A stretch of DNA of 64,000 nucleotides from Paramecium tetraurelia (Eukaryota), in the NCBI GenBank assembly GCA_000165425.1, contig CT868363.1, positions 372,001 to 436,000 on the forward strand. The letters run 5' to 3'. The notes beneath the pieces were generated by a model. It ran no database searches. It was not told the DNA's origin and was given only the letters and a program-made list of their open reading frames with translations. The stretch's first letter is position 1, and every line of letters starts with the position of its first letter. This document shows positions 54,678-64,000 of the stretch, piece after piece. A program made the translations under genes and the position numbers.

Positions 54678-57600
54678 ATGCGAATACCCTAGGCTTATTA
54701 CGAAAGCATGGAGAAGCGATTTAAGAAACTAAAACAAAATGACACTGAGGACTACAGTTGGATTGAAAATACTAGCAAACCCTTAATAGAAAGAATTTCA
54801 GAGTTTGCCAAATGCAAATAATTGCAAGATCCTAAATATTTACGCATTATAAGTGAAACCATTGACAAGATATTGGAAGCAGGAGTTGCTTTATTCTAGG
54901 AATAAAATTAAAATCCATGTATTGAATTGCTTGGAGAATGTGATTCTATTTAAATTTGGAATTTGTGTTTATTGTGTTGTGATTTCATTAGGACTTGCGG
55001 GAATCCAAAAATAGGTATTCATCTATGTTTGATAGAAAGTCGATATGATATTCAGTTATGAACATCTGGTTACTTTGATATTTCACAACCCTGATTACGA
55101 TTTATCTAAGATTTACAAAATTGTCGAGTGTATGTAATTCCTCTTAGAATCCATGAATACCTCTAAAGCATGCAAATTTAAAAGTATAAGTCTACATAAA
55201 TCCTTTAGTTGAATTTTTCGACAAAGTGTTATTAAGATTCATGTACATCAACGCATTCTTCTAAAAGAGCATCTTTAATCTCAGCGATTAAGATTAAACA
55301 GAATTGTTCCAACTCTAAATGGATCATTGCATTTTGAAGTTCACCTTCCCTTCTGATGACATGATAAATTATTCAAGATATTTAGAAATGAATAATCTTC
55401 GAAAAATATTAAAATGTCCACCTACTACTCGCGAAGTATAATTTGATTCCACTAAAAACCCTTATGAGCAATCCCTTTAAATAATTAAGGAGAATAACCT
55501 TTAAAAAGATATTATACTTTTTGATTAAGTCTTCATTCGATTGTTATGTCATTATTCTGGCAACGAACTATTAATCTAGAAAATGTTTATCAGCAATTAT
55601 ATCTTTCATTTCAGATGTGCCTTCCAAGATCTTCAATTAATCAACAATAAATTAATGTTAGACATCACAAATAGATTAATAGATTAAAAAGATTACCTAT
55701 TTTTATTAATAAGAATGATAACTATCAATAAGGATGAATCTCTAAATGATATTATGGTGTAAAGTCTTCAATTTATCAAATCCAAATAAATACAGCTATT
55801 TGAACATAATACATTTTTAGAAAAGTTATGGCTATTTGAGCTTTAAGGAATTCAAGACTCCTTGATGGAATGGAAACAAGAACTACAAGTTGCAGAGGGG
55901 AGTTTCTATGAAATTAAATTGTCTTTAAGTTCTAAATTTTAATAGATATTCTTTCAACAATTGTTAGATTAGTAGTTTACTTAACTCTTCAAGAAACAAC
56001 CAAATTATTAACAATGGAATTCCATGATAGTTCAAATCATTAAGAAATCATCTTTAGAAGATGGTTCAACTAAATTACCCTATTATATTTTGAATCCGTT
56101 ATTGACTTATTCTGTGAATTTGATAATTGAACTTCCTGGAAACAATCAAAATTAATAATTAGAATATTAATTAGAAACCTAAATCATCCAAGGATTACTG
56201 GATATCCTAAAGAATTGCTGTGGAGGACATTAAATCCAACTCTAAATTCGTGGTTTTCAATTACTGAATCAACTAATTGCTTATTATAAATAAGAATTTG
56301 ATTAAGTCTAAATCTAAAATGCTCAATCAGAATTCATGATGCCTGTTCCTGAAAGATATCATAAATTGTTATCAGATATATGGTCAAATAAAATATTGGA
56401 AGACACATTGCTTAAATCATAGCTAAACGAATAATTATACACATATTTGATAACATTGTTAGCTATGAACATGGGAGAGAATCCGGGCAGAGTCAGAGAA
56501 TTCTATGAAAATAACAGTTTATAATGTTTAGTTTAAAAAATAATGGAGCTTTTGAAGATATGTTCACGAGGATCTCATTTGATTGTAACCATAATTAATT
56601 TGTTGATTGCTATCAGTACGAATGAATAAGCTATTTCATTGGCGTTATCATCAAATAATGAAAAAGATCAATAAAAACAAGATAATCTAATCAAATAAAT
56701 ATTTGACAAATGTTATTTGCCATCAATAGAACTTCTACATGACCCAACAGTGAGCGAGGACTTTGCTAAAAAGATCATTATGTTGTATAGTCAAAGTTTA
56801 TTGGCCAAAAAGCAAATTGAAAAAGTGATCGAAAATACATTTGTATCAATATCCCAATTGGTTGATTTGAGCAAAGATAAAATTGAAGATATTGTGAGCA
56901 ATCAAGAAAAGTTATCATCATTTTATGGATATTCTAAGAGTCTCCAAGCTCTGTTGTAATTGTTTATGCAATTACAGCCAGAGAAGAAATCATCCTCATA
57001 TCGATAATTCTAAGGATATGAAGAATTATAACTGGAAGAGGCTTAAAGACAAAAAGACCACTTGTTCAATTCATTGTTAAAAAACTAAAAGTTTGTTGAA
57101 GCCTTGGAGAAGATTATAATGAGTCCAATTCTTATTGGAAGTAAGAACAAAGACAAGTATGTGGAACATTATGTTGGAATCTTATGCAAAAAAAATAAAT
57201 TGAATCCCTTTACTTCCTTATGGAAAGAATTGGATCTGATATCATAGAATTACATGATTATTGGAGATCAAAAAATCATAGACATAGGAAAATTAGTCGA
57301 TTATGATGCCTTATCAGTTCATATGACTTATAAATACTTCTTTAGAAAGATCATCAAGCATATATCACCTTAAACTTATAGAGGCTTTTATATTTTGAGT
57401 CGCTTCCATCTTATACATTATTTGATCAAGATTTGTGTAAGTCAAGGAGGAATATAGCATTAGGATATCAATTTGTTAATCCCTCAATTATTGCAAATAT
57501 ATTTCTTGTCATCACAACATGCTGGGTTTCATGAATCCATCATGATGTTTATGGCAGCAAAATCTCAGATTTCAAAATTTTAGAGTAGTTTTGATGAAGA

Positions 57601-60600
57601 TACTCAAATAAGAAGGAGAATAAGCAAAGATAACTTAATACCACTTCAAGAGTCATGTTTGGATTTAATAAATAAATTATAGTAACAGGCAACTGCAGAA
57701 CAAAAGGAATTTCTAATCAAAAAGTATGGAGAGATAACCCAGTTATTCTTTGTTAATTTCAATGAAAAATATCAATAAATTAGAGAATCTTAAGGCTTAA
57801 AACTAATTTCACATGTTACTTATATGCAAGATATCCTTAAATCATTTAAGTTCTTTTTGAATCTATTTCAAAATTTGGAGCAATAAAATCAGCCTATATC
57901 ATTTACTTTCATTTGCTATCAAAATAAGTCTTTCTATTTAGATATAATTTAAATGATGAAGTATTTAGATGGTATCTAGAAATTACCATAAAATAATACT
58001 AAAGAACAAGAGATTGTTAAGAAGATTCTACCTAGTTTTATTGAAGCTCTTAATTTACACATCGATAATATCATCAAACAATCAATATTCAGAAAAATGC
58101 TTTTGGATAAAATTTAATTGTCCGATCATTGCATTATTGATCCATAATAGTTAGAGTAAGTATCTAATGAATTAATACTGTCTTAAACTCATTTGCTAAG
58201 ATAGATGATTGATATTCTACTTTAGAGCAATTGTGAAGGCCCATTAAAGAATTTATTTGAACAACTTATCCAAAGATTTTACTTAATGAAAGACACTTAA
58301 ATCTAAGACTTTCGTAAAGTAGGTGGCTAAGAATAGAAAGATCAAGTACTTGCTTAAAAAGAATTGATTCAACTCTTATAAGGTAATGAAGTAAAGGAAT
58401 AGAAGAAGTCAATATTTGATAGACCAGAAATCAAATTGATTTTGGATAAAATATGTGAAATGGGTATTAATTAGAAATTAGCTAAGAAAGCCATTCAAAG
58501 AGTGGAAATTCCAGAGCCATCTATGATTGTAGATATGATATTTAATGGAAGGATATCTGACGATGAGGATGATTTAGATGATCTACTCTTCGAATCAGAA
58601 TTGAAAAATGATAATCCAGAGACTTAAGTAGTCAATTAATAGATCTAAAATGAAGTCAAAAATTAACCTGAATAAGAATAAAACTAAAAGAATATGACTG
58701 TAATTGAGAGTGAAACCTTTTTGAAGATATTAAATGAAAATTTCCCCTTATATGATCCATAATTATCAATATAAGATAGAATTTCTTAGTTGATAAATAA
58801 CTTCTAATAGAAATTAGATGAAACGATAAACTCACTTTTAGATTAATAACTAACTAATTAAAGACCTAATAATACTCAATTAGAATATTTATTCACAATT
58901 GCTAAAAAATAATAGCACATTTAAAAAATATTGGATTTTATCTTTTTATCACTATAAGCTATGAGATAATTGTAATAGACATAAGATTTAAATTAAAAAA
59001 TGAACTTGTTTTATAATGCATTATAATGGTTAGCACTCTTGTAATAAATATCTTAATAGGAGCATGAGAAAATATATTAAAATGTTGCTCTCATTGATTT
59101 GGAACCTTAAAAAGATTTAAAATTTGTATTATCATTTTAAGAAATGATTAAGTTTGGATTTGCTTTGCTTTAGGAAATAAATGATCAATTTACAATCTTC
59201 AGTTAAAATGAATATGAACAATTAAAATTGATAAATGTTAAGGAATTAAGCTCTGTTGAAATTTGTAAAAGAGCCTAATAAATAACAAACGACCTGAATG
59301 TTTTTTATGAGAATAAATATAGTACTTTGAGATTATTTTGCAAAGAACTATAAGAAGCATAGAAATACTTAACAAAGTTTGTAATGAATTTATAAAACAA
59401 GCATGATCAATTAATAGAAAGATATTGGAATTAGATTGAAATATATGTCTAATTCTTAACTTAATTATGCACAGTTAATCTGCATCTCTAAGAAGAGTCC
59501 AACAATGCTTATAACCTACTCACAGATTTAGATACTTTCATAAAAAACGATTAAACTTTAAAAGACTAGGGAGACACTACTCAAAATGACGGTCACTTAT
59601 ATTAATTGATCTAGAGAAGATTTATTTATGATAAATCAGTAATCACTTAGCTGCTTTAATGCTTAAACAATTTTGGATTGCATAATCAAAACAAATTATA
59701 TCAAATTCTTATGTAGAAGTAAAAACAAGATAATTAATCATTGTTGGATGTTTTATTGCATTTCAAAATTTAATCAAATAATAGTGAACACGAAGAATCA
59801 TAACCAGTATTTTTAGAAAACCTATTATATTTGATTGCCTTAGACAACAGAACAGCAAATGATCTAACATTACTGATTTTAAAATAAGTTATGCTAAATG
59901 AACATATTGATTGGCATGCTTAATAAATTAAGAGCCTAGATGAATTAAACTAAGTTTAGATGCCCCAAAAGTATATTGAATGTCCATTACAATATCTGCT
60001 ATAGTTCCATCCTGTTTTAGTTAATAATCCAATAGTTTATAACACCATTATTGAATAACAAGGACTTTCAATTACTGATAAGTTTTGTGAGTTATCAAGA
60101 GTTCATGCAGCTAAATAATCCTCTTTGCAAATGACTGGGAAGTTGACTAAGGAATAAGAAAAACATTTAAAGGAAAAGGAGAAAGAATTTCTGCAACAAA
60201 CATAAACTGATATAGTAATCAGATATGAAGTAGATCATGTCATAGAACCGTAGTTAAACTCCAATATAATAAATTTGATAAATATTATAGCCTAAACTAT
60301 AGTTGACAGATTTTTTGAAGAGAACTTTGTTGAAAAAGTGTTCAATATCAAATTAACCAAATACAAAGATGAAAAAAGAGCTTACTTGTATGGATGGGAT
60401 CAATTATTGAGAATAATTGAGATGCTTATAATTAAGATTCCTTAATTGATATTGTATTTAAGACAATTGAAAGTATAATTGCCTATTCAAATTAATACTG
60501 AAGAGAGATAGGTTACCTTCTTGGAATTCGTAATTAAATATATGACATGGGTAGGAATAGATAAACTGTCCAATTTTATGCATAATTATTTGAGTGATAT

Positions 60601-63145
60601 CAATCTGCTCTCAGTTGGTTATGGCATAACTTTGGGCTAAGAAGTACTCTAATTATTATTGAATGAATTGAAAATTGATCACAATAATATTTTAATGAAA
60701 TATTATCATATTTTGTAATTGCTCGTACTTTTTACATAAACCTTGACCCTTCAAAATTGTTTATTAATTTTGACTGATTAAAGATCACAATTGAATATTG
60801 TCCCTAAGATTATCAGTACATTAAATAGTGTTAGAGAATGTGAAAATAAACAATTTGTCAAATTATATCAATAGACCATTGCCAAAGTATTGGAACCATT
60901 CTTGTAATCTCAGGTCTATTTTGAGCACCTCAAATAAGGCAGATATGGAGATATATTTAGATTACAACAAAATATTACTGAAAATTCCTTCTAATTTCAT
61001 TATCTCAATTGTCTAAGGAATTAATTGATTTCCTATCAATTATACCCTGGTTTTAAAAGTACTCCAGGTTCAGCTTAGCATTTTGTATCCCATCCATTAG
61101 TCTAACAAACCCTGAAGGATGAACACCAATAGGAAATTGTTTGGCCTTTATATTAATCCAGAAGAAATTTCAATAATCAGAGACACAATAATCAGAAACA
61201 GTAAGATGAAGACCTGAGTGATTCTGATTCAGATTAGGATATTGTATAAATAGAGAACACTCAAATCAAATATAAAGCAAATTACTCAAATATTAACTCC
61301 TGGGGTGAGTATTATTCCTACGATAGTGATTTTATGAACAAGTGCAGTGTAAATAGAGAAGAAGAGAAACCTCACAAAGAAAATCAACAGAGTATCTTTC
61401 CATAAAAAGACTTAAACATACTCTTTTGTAGTCTAGATCAAAAATTCTATAATTTCCCTTTACCAAACTTTTAAATTACAACCAAAAATATAGTCTATCA
61501 ATAAAGTGATTACAAAACTTGGATCACATCTATTGTTGGTCTTTATTTCAGTTCCAATGAGTATTTCGAGAATAAAAAATAATTAATCTCCAAAGCTTAT
61601 GAAACTCAATTAAAGCACATTGTTGAATATATTCAAGCTATAAATAGATTGCTTCACACATAAGCCTCCAAATAAGTTGAATAATTACAACAATATTTAT
61701 CCTATTATTTAAATGGATCATTAAGTTATTTGCAAATCCAATCTGGAAATTCATGCTTCTATTCCAAATTTGGTCAAGCACCTAACCAACTTTAGCAAGA
61801 TTACTAAGCAAACTCCTTATCAGTCAATATCAATGAACCATCTTTATAATAATAAAGAATCTTAACCTAAATCTCTTGCAATGTTTTACAAAGCAGAGTA
61901 GTTTTGAATGGAATGCCAAATGATTTACATGATTAAGGATTGCTAAAAGCCAAATTATAAAGTCTATTACATCCTGAGGAAAACACCAACTTAAAAGGAA
62001 AATTAATAGATATTCCAAAGAGAGTTTTGATTATCCCAAATGAGTAGCAGCTTCAAATTACAGACAATATATTATTAGAGATGTTGATGTCTCTGTTGGT
62101 GGATTAAAATAGTTTTATATAATTTCCATTTAATCTATTACGTTAGATTAGCAAGTGTTCTCGTTTGGGATTCAAACTACTTATTCAATTACTCATTTTA
62201 TATTAAGAATAGAAAAACAACCTAGAACTTACTCTTAAAATTTTGTACTTAGTGAGTTAGAAAATTCCATCCAATAATTTAAGAGATCTACTTTCTGAAC
62301 AATTACAAATCAGTCCAATACTTAATAAGAGAGAAAAGGCTAATTTAGCTAAGGGATAATAAATTAAAGAACAATTTATAATAGAAGAAGAAAATATAGA
62401 TGAGTAGTCATAAGATGATGATCTTGAAAATCCCTTGGTCTTTTTGATTAACCAAATAAATATATATTGCGAGAAGAATATTTCATTTATGACCCTGTTT
62501 CATAGTCCTGAATCCCACATACCAATCGAGAAAAGTATAAAAATATTTATTATTTTTAGATATCCTGTTAACTCCTCTCTTAGCTAATCAAACTAACTTG
62601 CATCTATCTTACTTAATTTAGATTATACGAGGATCCCTAATGATCACAACAGAAGAAAAGGAAAAAGGGAAGAAGGCTGATGACGAGAATCTGTATAAAA
62701 TGATGAGGAGATAAGCAGCTATTTACAATGGCGGAATAGATGAAAGCAAAATATTTGATTTATTCTCCTAACTAAACAGAAATGAGGATATATAGTTTCA
62801 CGATTTAATCTTCAAGTCATTTGGGGATAAAAACCAGGAATCATAAGATACTTGGGACTAGACATCCTTTACATTTAAATCACTTTAGTTTAGATAAATT
62901 GATTAGTAATCATAGTTCAGATAAGTATCAAATGCATCAATCATCTAAATGTAACCCCCTTAGGCTCCTTAACCAAGATAAATTATTCCTCCATTTCCTA
63001 TTTCTTCGATGTCAATCTTACAACAGCATTAGTAATTACAATAGTTTTAATAACTTCGATAGCCTCCATAATAGGGATAATAAACGAATTAATTCAAGAT
63101 AGCTGATGAAAAATAATAGTAATAATAACAGTAATAATAATAATA

Positions 63146-63192
<47 letters not shown>

Positions 63193-64000
63193 CCAAAAAT
63201 GAAGAAATAGATCAAAATGAATTAAATTCTTAAATACCAAAAAGAGAAAGAAAAGTCAGTGCCAAAATTTCTCATGTTGAGATTGATATCATCTCCTCTC
63301 TATGCAAAAATTTAAATAATCCGCTCTTAAGAGAAGGAAATTCCAATGAAATCATTAATATTCTAAATTCTTATGCTAATGATAAATTAAAAATTGAGCA
63401 TGCCATAAATGAATTAACCAAATATATCATTTAACAATCTAAAATTTTCAATTTTGAATTAGACAAAAAAAGAAAACAGTTAAGAGAAATTACAAAACAA
63501 AGAGAAAAAATTTAGGATTATGATCCTGAATAAGCATAATTTTTAAATAATTAAGAAAATGATATTATTAAAGAGTTAAACTAGAAAATCCCAGATCCAA
63601 GTATCATACAAAGGTGTTTTGTTGCAATAACAGGATTCCTCAATCTCAATCTAACATTGACTGATTAGCAAAATAAATAAGTTAATAAACCAAGTTCTAC
63701 ACAAACTAGATAATAAATTTAAATGGATAAAAAGAAATATAAATTAACTCAGTAGGGCAAAAGCGTTGATGCCTCAAGCGATTTTGACACCTCAGCAAAA
63801 AAGGACATCAGAGCTAGATTTATTAATGTTCTATAAACTAGATAAACCCATCATTTATGGCTGAATGTTGTGGAAACATTACTATTGATTTTTAATTATA
63901 AAGGGTCGAGATCATTAGAAATATTATAAAAGAAACTCTATCCTCTTTTGGAATGTTTCATAAGGCTATATCAAAATGTTCATGAAGAGTTAAATTCCTA
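54678..64000 (+). CDS. HUWE1/Tom1/UPL1-like giant HECT E3 ubiquitin ligase, 5' part (HECT domain expected beyond window)
   Basis: DUF908-like CDFIRTCGN...FSYEHLVTLIF; UBA ILDKICEMGINQKLAKKAIQRV...IVDMIF (~58440-58545); pre-HECT-like LWLNVVETLL...LYPLLECFIRLY at the window end. Spot-checked frame is open. Confidence 0.75.
63114..63191 (+). repeat. (TAA)n microsatellite encoding 26 consecutive Gln
   Basis: In frame with the E3 ligase ORF: mostly TAA codons plus two TAG and one CAG. Confidence 0.9.

Overview
AT-rich, gene-dense eukaryotic DNA that reads as a ciliate macronuclear scaffold, most likely Paramecium. TAA/TAG encode Gln, TGA is the only stop, and genes carry tiny (~20-31 nt) GT..AG introns, so the supplied standard-code ORF track is fragmented and largely misleading. 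By hand translation I find about 25 protein genes. They include two convergent paralogous IP3-receptor-like Ca2+-release channels (one 5'-truncated by the window), an ATG2/chorein-like protein, a degenerate membrane histidine-kinase-like protein, an LRR protein spanning a spurious assembly gap, a CDPK, a His-rich LIV-1/ZIP transporter, a minimal HYPK-like UBA protein, a NEK kinase, TGS1, an anoctamin, a pseudokinase, a Tctex-1 dynein light chain, an HTH protein, RPL12, an SCP/FCP1-type phosphatase, ATP-type PEPCK, a CAMK-group kinase and the 5' part of a HUWE1/Tom1-like E3 ligase. Most notable: both channels have non-canonical pore filters, and the complete copy has lost the basic IP3-binding residues I could align. 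There are also apparent frameshifts in one channel and in TGS1, a probable pseudogene, and a strong G/C strand-skew inversion near 35 kb. I found no convincing mobile element, CRISPR array, tRNA/rRNA or wholly new system. Coordinates come from manual reading and several starts and intron boundaries are provisional.
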